Below the pieces are notes generated by a model. That model was not told the origin of the DNA. It did no database searches and worked only from the letters and a program-made list of their open reading frames with translations. Positions 17,693 through 26,138 of a DNA stretch of 31,356 bases are shown piece by piece. The translations under genes and the position numbers were made by a program. How positions within the stretch are numbered: position 1 is the first letter of the stretch; every line of letters starts with the position of its first letter. The DNA comes from Candidatus Micrarchaeota archaeon (GTDB lineage Archaea; Micrarchaeota; Micrarchaeia; Anstonellales; Anstonellaceae), in NCBI GenBank assembly GCA_013331805.1, contig DUFS01000064.1, positions 1 to 31,356 on the forward strand, written 5' to 3'.

Positions 17693-19451
17693 TGGGGTTT
17701 TATTGATGCCCGAGCTGAAAATAGAAAAAAATGAAATATACGCTGTGCTCATTGTATTCCTGGTTTCACTTGGCTTCTGGCATTTTCCCATGAAGGAGAC
17801 TCTTCCAGATTTCAACACAGCAATGGTGATCCAGCGGCTGCCAGAAATGTCAGCAATCCAGCCCCTGCACCTTCAGGCTGCAGCCGCACTCCAGGGCGCA
17901 TATGCCTCGCTTGCAGGGCAGGAGGCTTCCTCGCCGCAGGCAATAGTTTCCTTCCTTTTGATATTCCCGTCAGTTCTGCTTGCCTTGACAGCACTTTTCC
18001 TCTATCTCGCCCTGCGCCAGCTTGGCGCAGGAAGAAGCGCATCCGCGTTTGCAGTGATTTTGTTTGCCTGTTCGCTTTCAGCCATGCAGTTTTTGCCAGG
18101 AGTCTTTGGCAGCCTGCCTTTTGCAGCCCTGCCCTTCTCGCTCTTTCTCCTTTCTTTCTCCCATTTCCATTCCAAGAGGCAAACCATCGCGCTTGTTATA
18201 GCGGTTTTCTTCGCCTTTCTCTCTGCCTTCCTGGATGCGGTTTTCGGAATTGCCGGATTCCTGTTCCTGCTTTCGTTTGCGCTCCCTTCAAGGGAAAAGG
18301 GCCAAAAGGCGCTTGCGCAGTTAATCGCGCTTGGCGCCACTTTCGCAGCAGGCGCCTTCCTCTCACATAATGCACAGTCTATCTCGCTTGGCTTGCAGGG
18401 AATGCAGTCATTATTCTCCCTCTCGCCTTTCCTGCTCGCTGCTTCCTCCTGCGCGGCTGTCCTTTGCTTTTTCCGCGAGGTGCGCCAGGAATACCTGTTC
18501 CTTTTCCTGTCAGGTGTTCTGGCATCCGCAGTAAGCCCTTTTGCAGGTTCCATGCTGCTGCTCGCCCCTGCTGCAGATGGTATAAGGCAGGCTGCCTCTG
18601 ACAAGCTCGCCTCAAGGCAGGCAAAGCTTGCGTGCGCTTATTCCCTTGCATTTTTTGCAATCTTTGGCTTGGCATCCCCTCTTGCAGGCGAACTTAAGGC
18701 TGTTGCGATTTCATTCATGCTTTCCTTCCTTTCCCCCCTTCTCCTGCATTTCTACGGATACAGGAACGGCCCTGCTTTTGCCGCTGGCGGCCTGGCACTT
18801 CTCGTGCTATCCTCCTCGATTGCCTTATTCTATCAGCTGCCTCCCAGCAAGGAATTCTACCCGCAATACGTTGACAAGGACATGGCGGGTGCATTATCCT
18901 CGCTTACGGGCAAGGGCGTGCCCAAGGTTGCGCTGATCGGCTACCAGGACGCTGCAAGATTCTACCTGCGATCCTCCAGCCTGGAAAGCCAGAAGGCTTT
19001 GTCGCAATACCTGGCAAGCGGAAAAGGGGTGCCTGACTCAGGGACGCATCTTCTCATTTCGCTTTCCTATTTTGATGAGCAGGCAGCCCCGGGAGGCGGC
19101 TATGAATCGTACTTCCCGTACTCCAACCTCACCTCCTCTGGGAGGAATTTCGCGCAATTCGTATCCCCTTTAAGCGGAAGCGTGCTGGTGCGCGAGCTTG
19201 ACACCAAAGGCGATTTCCTGCTTCGGGATGGCCAGCTCATCGACCAGGCAGGAAGGGTATACGCAAGCGTCCCCCTTTCACGAATGCTGCTTCTCAGGCA
19301 GGACATTCCACATGACTCTGCGCAGAACCGCCTGATAGTGGTGGAAGAGGGCGAGCCCGTCCCCTATTTCGTGGAAATATATTCCGGGAAAGCTGATGAG
19401 CTTGCAAAGGTTTCGGAACATGGGAAAGTCACCGTATTTAAGGTAAATTAG
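17685..19451 (+). CDS. Polytopic membrane protein with GT-C/AglB(STT3)-like architecture
   Basis: About a dozen TM segments followed by a soluble C-terminal domain; FPSVLLALTALFLYLALRQL...SAFAVILFA resembles GT-C; start may be 17706. Confidence 0.65.
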   Translation: MNNGVLLMPELKIEKNEIYAVLIVFLVSLGFWHFPMKETLPDFNTAMVIQRLPEMSAIQPLHLQAAAALQGAYASLAGQEASSPQAIVSFLLIFPSVLLALTALFLYLALRQLGAGRSASAFAVILFACSLSAMQFLPGVFGSLPFAALPFSLFLLSFSHFHSKRQTIALVIAVFFAFLSAFLDAVFGIAGFLFLLSFALPSREKGQKALAQLIALGATFAAGAFLSHNAQSISLGLQGMQSLFSLSPFLLAASSCAAVLCFFREVRQEYLFLFLSGVLASAVSPFAGSMLLLAPAADGIRQAASDKLASRQAKLACAYSLAFFAIFGLASPLAGELKAVAISFMLSFLSPLLLHFYGYRNGPAFAAGGLALLVLSSSIALFYQLPPSKEFYPQYVDKDMAGALSSLTGKGVPKVALIGYQDAARFYLRSSSLESQKALSQYLASGKGVPDSGTHLLISLSYFDEQAAPGGGYESYFPYSNLTSSGRNFAQFVSPLSGSVLVRELDTKGDFLLRDGQLIDQAGRVYASVPLSRMLLLRQDIPHDSAQNRLIVVEEGEPVPYFVEIYSGKADELAKVSEHGKVTVFKVN

Positions 19452-19486
19452 GAAGAAAATTTGGATTTGGTTGACCAGGTGATGAA

Positions 19487-20473
19487 ATGGTTGTCGATCT
19501 CGGCTTCATTGCGGCAATTTTCCTCTCCTCGTGTGCAATAACGTCCGTTGTCATGCCCCTTCTAATCAGGAAATTCACGGCAGCTTCAATGACCGGGAGG
19601 GACGTGAACAAGAAAGGCGCGCCAGAAGTTGCCGAAATGGGCGGCCTTGGCATAGTGATGGGCGCGATCGGCTCCCTTCTCATTGCAATTGCGCTGCAGA
19701 CTTTCCTGGGCTACCCTTTCAAGCTCATCGAAATACTCGCGGCAATGCTCACAATAATGATAATCTCGGTAATCGGCACCTATGACGACCTCTTTTCCAT
19801 GAGGCAGTCCATCAAGGCAGTTCTCCCCATGGCCGCGGCCCTCCCGCTGGTGGCGGTCAGCGCAGCCGGCAGCACAGAACTATCCATCCCCTTCCTTGGC
19901 TCATTCGATTTCGGCTTTTACTATATCTTTCTGGTAATTCCCCTGGGTGTGACAGTGGCTTCCAACCTGACCAACATGCTTGCAGGCTTCAATGGCATGG
20001 AATCTGGCATGGGCATAGTGATATTCGCCTGCACGCTGCTTCTTGCGCTTTCCAACGGCTCGACCGAAATGGCAATGATTTCGGCAGCCATGGCAGGCGC
20101 CCTTATTGCATTCCTTCCGTTCAACTGGTATCCTGCCAAGGTGTTCACAGGCGATATTGGCAACCTTACGATCGGCGCTGCGCTTGCTTCTGCAGTGATT
20201 ATAGGCAACCTGGAGACCGCAGGGGCAATACTGGTCATCCCTTATGTGCTTGACTTTTTCATCAAGGCAGCCAACCGCTTCCCTTCAGCCAAGTGGTGGG
20301 GCGAACTGAAAAACGGGAGGCTCTACCCTGTGGAAAACCGCGTTCGGGGACTGGCGCAGCTGGTGATGAAATTGGGCGGGGGGATTTCCGAGCAGAAGCT
20401 GGTGCTGGCTTTCATTGCGGCGGAAGGATTATGTGCTTTGCTTGCGATTCTTTTGTACGGGAGGCTCATCTGA
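19487..20473 (+). CDS. UDP-GlcNAc:polyprenyl-phosphate GlcNAc-1-phosphate transferase (MraY/GPT family, AglH-like)
   Basis: GRDVNK...VAEMGG, GTYDD, NLTNMLAGFNGME, FNWYPAKVFTGD. Confidence 0.9.
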   Translation: MVVDLGFIAAIFLSSCAITSVVMPLLIRKFTAASMTGRDVNKKGAPEVAEMGGLGIVMGAIGSLLIAIALQTFLGYPFKLIEILAAMLTIMIISVIGTYDDLFSMRQSIKAVLPMAAALPLVAVSAAGSTELSIPFLGSFDFGFYYIFLVIPLGVTVASNLTNMLAGFNGMESGMGIVIFACTLLLALSNGSTEMAMISAAMAGALIAFLPFNWYPAKVFTGDIGNLTIGAALASAVIIGNLETAGAILVIPYVLDFFIKAANRFPSAKWWGELKNGRLYPVENRVRGLAQLVMKLGGGISEQKLVLAFIAAEGLCALLAILLYGRLI

Positions 20474-20491
20474 CTCCTGGCTGGTCTTTCC

Positions 20492-21385
20492 ATGATAGTT
20501 GTCACAGGCGGCTCGGGCTTCATTGGATCGCATTTGTGCAGCCTTCTTGCTGAAGAGGGGCACGATGTCAGGATAATTGACATTGCCCCTCCGCCAATGG
20601 GCGTGAAGGCCGAATTCGTGCGCGCCTCGGTGCTGGATCCGTTGAAGCTGCAGAAGCTTTTTTCAGGAGCTGACGCAATCGTGCACCTGGCAGCGCTCAT
20701 AGACGTCCAGGCATCTGTTTCAGACCCGTTTTCCGACTTCCAGGTGAATGCCCAGGGCACCATAAACGTGCTTGAGGCTGCAAGAAGGGCATCTGTCCCC
20801 AAGGTGGCATTCGCCTCCTCTGCGGCAGTCTACGGCGATCCCGAGGAGATCCCCGTGCCTGAATCACACCCAGCCAGCCCCCTCTCGCCCTACGGGGCTT
20901 CGAAACTCGCCTCAGAGCGCTACGTTCTCCTTTACAGCAGGCTCTATGGCATGAGGAACACAGTGTTGCGCCTCTTCAATGTCTATGGCAGGGGGCAGAA
21001 TCCCCTTTCGCCCTATTCAGGCGTGATAACGAAATTTTCCGAGGCAATTGCCGAGGGCAAGCAGCCAATAATTTACGGCGACGGGGAGCAGACCCGCGAC
21101 TTTGTGCACGCGGACGATGCTGCAAACGCCTTTTCCCTTGCAATAAGCTCAGACGGCTGCGATTCTCCCCTGAACATAGGCTCGGGCAAGGGCACTGCAA
21201 TTCTGGACCTGCTGGAAAAGATGTGTTCGCTTGCAGGCAAAACGCCGAACCCTTTGCTCCAGCGCGAGCGAAAAGGCGACATCAGGAAAAGCGTTGCCGA
21301 CATCTCGCTTGCAAAAAGGAAGATCGGCTTTTATCCGAAAATCCCCCTTGAGCAGGGCCTGAAGGAGATTGTTGCTGAAAAGTAG
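20492..21385 (+). CDS. NAD-dependent epimerase/dehydratase (GalE-like)
   Basis: GGSGFIG, SSAAVYG, YGASK, FNVYG, GDGEQTRDFV. Confidence 0.9.
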   Translation: MIVVTGGSGFIGSHLCSLLAEEGHDVRIIDIAPPPMGVKAEFVRASVLDPLKLQKLFSGADAIVHLAALIDVQASVSDPFSDFQVNAQGTINVLEAARRASVPKVAFASSAAVYGDPEEIPVPESHPASPLSPYGASKLASERYVLLYSRLYGMRNTVLRLFNVYGRGQNPLSPYSGVITKFSEAIAEGKQPIIYGDGEQTRDFVHADDAANAFSLAISSDGCDSPLNIGSGKGTAILDLLEKMCSLAGKTPNPLLQRERKGDIRKSVADISLAKRKIGFYPKIPLEQGLKEIVAEK

Positions 21386-21400
21386 CACCCACTGTTCCCG

Positions 21401-22108
21401 TCAGTCCATTCCCTTTGCCAGGTCGATTACCGAGATGAACTGGTTGATGTGCTCGTAGTCCGTCGTCCTTCCGATGTCCAGCCAGTAGTCGGAAAAGACA
21501 TAGCCGGTCAGCTTCTTTTTTTCCGCAAGAAGGCGGGGGAACACGTCATTTGCGAAATCCTCCTTGGGCTTGATGAGCTCGAATATTTCAGGCTCAAAGA
21601 CGTATACGCCGGTGTTCACCAGGTTTTCAACTATGGGCTTTTCGCGGAAGCGCACAATGCGCTCGCCCTCCATGTCAGCCACCCCGTATTCCAGCGGCAC
21701 GCCCTTCCTGTTGAGAGCGATCGTGGCAATCCCGCCGTGTTTGCAGTGGAATTCGATAATCTTTCCTATCTCTGTGTTTGAGAGGTGGTCGCCCATCATG
21801 ACCACGAACGTGCCGTCAAGCTTCCCCATGAGCGGTATTATCGAGCCCGCCGTGCCAAGCTCGGCAGTTTCGACTGAATAGTGGAGCTTCAGGCCCCATT
21901 TGCCCCCGTCGCCGAAGTATTTCTCGATCTGCTCGTGCAGGTAGCCAACAGTAAGGTAGATTTCGGTTATTCCCGCCCTCTTGAGGCTGGCAAGCACGTA
22001 TTCGAGTATGGGCTTTTTCCCAAGTGGAAGCATGGGCTTTGGTATTGTATATGTATACGGGCGCAGCCTGGTGCCCTTGCCTCCGCAAAGAACGATTGCT
22101 TTTGTCAT
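21401..22108 (-). CDS. Sugar-phosphate nucleotidyltransferase
   Basis: LCGGKGTRLRPYT...PKPM, LGTAG, FREKP, WLDIG. Confidence 0.9.
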   Translation of the reverse strand: MTKAIVLCGGKGTRLRPYTYTIPKPMLPLGKKPILEYVLASLKRAGITEIYLTVGYLHEQIEKYFGDGGKWGLKLHYSVETAELGTAGSIIPLMGKLDGTFVVMMGDHLSNTEIGKIIEFHCKHGGIATIALNRKGVPLEYGVADMEGERIVRFREKPIVENLVNTGVYVFEPEIFELIKPKEDFANDVFPRLLAEKKKLTGYVFSDYWLDIGRTTDYEHINQFISVIDLAKGMD

Positions 22109-22138
22109 GCTCTGTCCCCCAGGAATTCTGCTGAAAAC

Positions 22139-22636
22139 CTATTTAAACGAAACCGACTTCAGGCCAAGCGACCGCAGGGCAGAGGCAGCCTTCTGCGGCA
22201 GCTTGCCGTTTACCACCACGTGCATCTTGGGCTCAGGGTACAAGTCAGGGTCGTCCGCGATTATCTGGCGGATTTTCACGTTGTGCCTGGAGAGCACCCC
22301 TGCCACCTTTGCCACCACTCCGAGCGAATCCGGGTCTGCCTCGATTTCTATCACGTCGTGGCCCAGCCTTTTTGCCGCCCCTGACACCTTTGCGACTGAA
22401 ACCAATTCAGAGAATATCCTGTAAAGGTTTTCGTCATAGGCGATTTCGCTGCAGGTCTCGATCACCACCCGCCTGTCCACAGAAAGCGCGCGCGCCACCT
22501 TTGCAGGGGCAAGCTCGATGTTCCCGCAGTAAAGTTTTCCCTTCTCGCCCACGCGCAGCCCCAGCCGCAGCATCTCTGTAACTACTCGAAGCTTAGCCCT
22601 CTGGCCTGCGAAGTGCTCCTCAAGGTACCTAAGCAT
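22139..22636 (-). CDS. ACT-domain regulatory protein (archaeal COG2150-like)
   Basis: LRLGLRV...IELAPAKVARALSVDRRVV; C-terminal ACT-like GVVAKVAGVL...IRQIIADDP. Confidence 0.8.
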   Translation of the reverse strand: MLRYLEEHFAGQRAKLRVVTEMLRLGLRVGEKGKLYCGNIELAPAKVARALSVDRRVVIETCSEIAYDENLYRIFSELVSVAKVSGAAKRLGHDVIEIEADPDSLGVVAKVAGVLSRHNVKIRQIIADDPDLYPEPKMHVVVNGKLPQKAASALRSLGLKSVSFK

Positions 22637-22720
22637 ATGTATATTTCTGTTCAATAGTGTTTATAAATATTCATGGCAGTAATAATACGTTGATTTATAA
22701 ATTACAACAGGTGATATCGG

Positions 22721-23191
22721 ATGGCAACGACACAGAAAAAGCCGCATTCAGAATTACTAATTTATCATCCAGGCATGGTGACGAAGAGCTTTTCGAAAAT
22801 GCTCCATGGGCGCTCCTTTCTCAACTATGACCCGAAGGCAAGTGAAATATTCGTAACAGTCAAAGCACAGGAAAAAAAGGACCCGCGCTCGCTTACCAGC
22901 CAGGAACTCTTTTCCTACTTGGTGAAGGGAATGGATGAAAACAAAGATGCCCTGCATCCATTGTTCAGCGTGGCTGCGTCGATTGAATTCCTGGCAAGGA
23001 GCCGGAATGGGAACAGCGCAGAGATTGCCGACCTGCTTAAAAATAACGAGCTGGATATGCGCACATTCCTCGATAAACACGTGAAGCCGAAAATCAAGTC
23101 AATAGAAGACCATATCTCCATGATGTCAAAGGATTCTATAAATATCGGCAAGGGGGGGAAAATGCGCATTAGGGGCGTGTTCGGGGGCTAA
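22721..23191 (+). CDS. Hypothetical protein (156 aa)
   Basis: AGGTGA SD and TTTATAAA TATA box upstream; no family recognised. Confidence 0.7.
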   Translation: MATTQKKPHSELLIYHPGMVTKSFSKMLHGRSFLNYDPKASEIFVTVKAQEKKDPRSLTSQELFSYLVKGMDENKDALHPLFSVAASIEFLARSRNGNSAEIADLLKNNELDMRTFLDKHVKPKIKSIEDHISMMSKDSINIGKGGKMRIRGVFGG

Positions 23192-24330
23192 GCTTCTTTC
23201 CTGATTTTCTTTTCCCAGCGCTCGAGCCTGCCCTTGAAGCGCTCGATTATGTCGAAAATGCGCCCCGAGGTTTTCCCGTCGCCGTAGGGGTTTTTTGTCC
23301 CCCTCATCCTTTTTGCCGCAGCCTGATTGCCAAGAATCCCTTTCACTTCCTTAACGATATTCTCCTTTTCGCAGCCCACGCACCTGTTTGCCCCTGCCTC
23401 CACTGATTCGGGCCTGTCGGTCACATAGCGCAGGGTGAGGCAGGGTATGTGGAGCGCTGCGCACTCCTCCTGCATGCCCCCTGAGTCAGTGAGAACCAGG
23501 TCGGACTCCAGCATAAGGCAAAGCGCGTCTGTATATTTGGGAAGGCACTTCTCCCAGATTATGTGCGGGGCATTCTTGAGCTTGTCAGCAAACCCATATT
23601 TTTCAGCCGCAAGTTGTGTGGAAGGAAGCACTGAACAGAAGAAATTCACCTCTTTCATATCAAGAAGCGATCCGAATATTCCCGTCATCCTCTTTTCAGA
23701 AAGCATATTCTCCTTCCTGTGGCAGGACCAGAACACAAAAGGATGCCTGATTTTGAAGCGTTCGGTAATGCGGCTCTTCTTCTTCGCGAGTACAGCGTGT
23801 TCCAGGGCGGCATCAACAACGCTGTTGCCGACAACGAATATCCTCTCTTCCGGCGCATGCTCGGACAGCAGGTCCTTGCGGTTCTTTTCCGTTGCCGCAA
23901 AGAAAAGCGCGGAACAGGCATCAGAAGTTTTTGTGCATATCTGCTCTGGGAATGGCTCCCAGGAATAGGTCCTCAAGCCAGCCTCAACGTGCCCCACAGG
24001 CACCAGTGAGAGCGCGGCAGCCTGGGAAAAGAACATCGCAGTGAATGTGTCCCCGTGCGTAAGCACAATGTCCGGCTTTTCCTTTTTGCATATTTTTTCG
24101 AATTCCACAAGTATCTTTGCCCCGATTTCCGGCGAGGATCCCCTGGCTTCTATGTCATAGTCCGGCCTCGGGATCTCCAAATCGTCGAACAGGTCCAGGT
24201 ACAGATTGTCGTCATAGTGCTGCCCGCTCCAGACAATGACGTTCTTGTGCCCCCTGCGGATTCCTTCCTTGATCAAAGGCGCCATCTTTATGGCGCAGGC
24301 GCGGCTCCCGAATGCATGTATTATTTTCAT
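23188..24330 (-). CDS. wecB: UDP-N-acetylglucosamine 2-epimerase (non-hydrolysing)
   Basis: IKMAP, SGQHY, HGDT, HVEAGLRT, PFPE, HRKEN, TDSGGMQEE, NPYGDG; family N-terminus begins at MKIIHAFG (24330). Confidence 0.92.
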   Translation of the reverse strand: MKIIHAFGSRACAIKMAPLIKEGIRRGHKNVIVWSGQHYDDNLYLDLFDDLEIPRPDYDIEARGSSPEIGAKILVEFEKICKKEKPDIVLTHGDTFTAMFFSQAAALSLVPVGHVEAGLRTYSWEPFPEQICTKTSDACSALFFAATEKNRKDLLSEHAPEERIFVVGNSVVDAALEHAVLAKKKSRITERFKIRHPFVFWSCHRKENMLSEKRMTGIFGSLLDMKEVNFFCSVLPSTQLAAEKYGFADKLKNAPHIIWEKCLPKYTDALCLMLESDLVLTDSGGMQEECAALHIPCLTLRYVTDRPESVEAGANRCVGCEKENIVKEVKGILGNQAAAKRMRGTKNPYGDGKTSGRIFDIIERFKGRLERWEKKIRKEA

Positions 24331-24358
24331 AATGCCCCTCGCAAGGAGACCTCTGGCT

Positions 24359-24526
24359 TCAGCCAGAGGAGGAATTGCGACCCTTCTCCTGCTCTTGAAT
24401 ATATCTCCGTATCGTCTCTTCTGAAACATGTCCTGCGGTTCCCACATAATAACTTGGAGACCATAGCTTGCCTTTCCTGAGAACTGTTTTCAGAAGTGGA
24501 TTTTGCCCAAATAGGCTTATAAGCAT
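24359..24526 (-). pseudogene. tnpA: C-terminal remnant of IS200-type Y1 transposase TnpA (55-codon ORF)
   Basis: Hand translation: MLISLFGQNPLLKTVLRKGKLWSPSYYVGTAGHVSEETIRRYIQEQEKGRNSSSG; LWSPSYY and YIxxQ present, HUH half missing. Confidence 0.88.
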
Positions 24527-24545
24527 TCTCCTTCCTAATAGGGTT

Positions 24546-25658
24546 ATGATGAAAACGATACAGACTGTTGTTGAGGAACTGCCAGAGCAGAGGGCTATCT
24601 TTGATGAAAACCTTTTGCTTATGGCTGATGCCCAAAACTTTGTCGTTTCCTCCTGCTATGACCATGAAGAAACCAACACCTTCAGGATGCACCATTTCAA
24701 CTATCCCATTCTCAGGGAACGCTTTGGCCTTCCCTCCCAGCTTGCGGTTGTTGCCAACAAGTATGCCTGCTCTTCCGTGAAGGGAGCCATCAGGCGAAAA
24801 GCTCCAAGACCAAATTTTTCTGGAAGAGCCGTCCATTATGATTCCCGCAGCAGCACAATAGACCTCGTTAAGAAATCCGCAAGCCTTCTGACAAAGGAAG
24901 GGAGGCTCAAGGTGAAGCTCAACGTCCCTTTGTATTTTCAGAAGTTCTCCGATTGGAAGGTCAAGGAAAGCAACCTCGTGAAATGCAGGGACAACAAGCT
25001 CAGGCTGATGATTATGATTGAGAAGCCGGCCATCAAATCCAACGGGAGTGGAAAAGTTATCGGTGTTGACAGGGGAATAACCAATCTGATTGCCACCTCT
25101 GATGGTTGGCTCTATGAAGGCCGTGATGTTTTTTCCGTCAAGAAGAGATACGTTGGGCTCAGGGCAAGGCTGCAAGCCAAAGGCACTCGTTCTGCCAAGA
25201 GACATCTTTCCAGGATGCGCGGCAGGGAGAAACGTTTTATGGCTGATGTCAACCATTGCATAAGCAGAACTTTGATAGACAGCGCAGGACTGAACGGAGC
25301 TTTGATTCTGGAAAACCTCAAGGGAATCAGAACCGCAAGGCACAGGCATCAGCAGAACTGGCTCTTCTCCAACTGGGCTTTTTACCAGCTTGAAACCTTT
25401 CTCAAATACAAAGGGGAAGAGCGAGGTGTCGCTGTTGAGTTTGTTCCAGCAAGGAATACCTCCAAAGCTTGCTCCGCATGTGGAAGCATCAAGAAGGGGC
25501 AGAGGCAAGGCTCTGTGTTCAGGTGCAAAACCTGCAACGTGGTTCTCCACGCCGACTTGAACGCTGCCAAAAACATCCTGCATAAATACCAATCCTCAAG
25601 GGCTGCTGTCAACCAGCCTATTGCTCTCCAAGCGGATGGAGCAAGCCACCGTCTTTAG
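24546..25658 (+). CDS. tnpB: RNA-guided endonuclease TnpB (about 370 aa)
   Basis: RuvC-I IGVDRG, RuvC-II ILENL, Zn finger CSACG...CKTC, RuvC-III HADLNAAKNI; TTATAA about 25 nt upstream. Confidence 0.95.
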   Translation: MMKTIQTVVEELPEQRAIFDENLLLMADAQNFVVSSCYDHEETNTFRMHHFNYPILRERFGLPSQLAVVANKYACSSVKGAIRRKAPRPNFSGRAVHYDSRSSTIDLVKKSASLLTKEGRLKVKLNVPLYFQKFSDWKVKESNLVKCRDNKLRLMIMIEKPAIKSNGSGKVIGVDRGITNLIATSDGWLYEGRDVFSVKKRYVGLRARLQAKGTRSAKRHLSRMRGREKRFMADVNHCISRTLIDSAGLNGALILENLKGIRTARHRHQQNWLFSNWAFYQLETFLKYKGEERGVAVEFVPARNTSKACSACGSIKKGQRQGSVFRCKTCNVVLHADLNAAKNILHKYQSSRAAVNQPIALQADGASHRL

Positions 25659-26138
25659 ACGGTGGTAGTTGACGATTTCCTTCGCATCGGATTCGGCATG
25701 GTAAAGCAGGCTCACGATGTCTATCGCGTCTTTTTCGCCCTTCGGCGTTTCGGCCCGGTCTTTCCAAGCCCCGAGCTTGAGCATCAGGAGCTGGGGCACG
25801 GTTGCCACCCGGATTCCATCTACTACATTGTGGTTTTCCAATATTTTTTCCACAGGGTAGGACAAGCGCGAGAATTTCGGGACATAAATGTCAACGTCAA
25901 ACTCCCCTGTCCTTATTTCGTATTTCGCGAGCCTTTCGTTTTTCAAGAGCCCGAATTCCTTTTCGAGCGCCAAAAGGGAACCATAATCAGCCACGATGTC
26001 AATGTCCCTTGATTTTTGGGCCCTTGTGTGGAGGTAGACTGCCCAGCCGCCTATAAGGACAAACGAGTGCCCAGATGACAGCTCCAGCAAAAAATGGTAG
26101 CTTTTTTCAGTGACCGTCTCATTCCAATACTGTTTCAT
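25596..26138 (-). CDS. AbiEii-like nucleotidyltransferase; last 25 codons are read from the IS right end
   Basis: VLIGGWAV...SRDIDIV and KGEKDAID motifs; 155 non-IS codons (26138-25674), then reads into the IS. Confidence 0.8.
   Translation of the reverse strand: MKQYWNETVTEKSYHFLLELSSGHSFVLIGGWAVYLHTRAQKSRDIDIVADYGSLLALEKEFGLLKNERLAKYEIRTGEFDVDIYVPKFSRLSYPVEKILENHNVVDGIRVATVPQLLMLKLGAWKDRAETPKGEKDAIDIVSLLYHAESDAKEIVNYHRLKTVACSIRLESNRLVDSSP

Larger units (their letters stand above)
24331..25673 (+). mobile_element. IS200/IS605-family element (IS605 arrangement: divergent truncated tnpA plus tnpB), 1343 bp
   Basis: Left-end hairpin CCTCTGGCT-TC-AGCCAGAGG (24350-24369); right-end hairpin CCACCGTCT-TT-AGACGGTGG (25646-25665) followed by TAGTTGAC; no terminal IRs or TSD, as expected for the family. 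Confidence 0.92.

Noticed and set aside
24331..24447. N-terminal extension of WecB given by the ORF track
   Set aside because: Lies inside the IS left end; family similarity begins at the ATG at 24330
24546..25658. Cas12f / CRISPR effector interpretation of TnpB
   Set aside because: No repeat-spacer array or cas genes seen in the window; IS605 ends and a tnpA relic flank it
24331..25673. IStron (group I intron-IS hybrid) that splices out to restore the fusion
   Set aside because: No room or motifs for a group I intron core, and the element is antisense to the host genes
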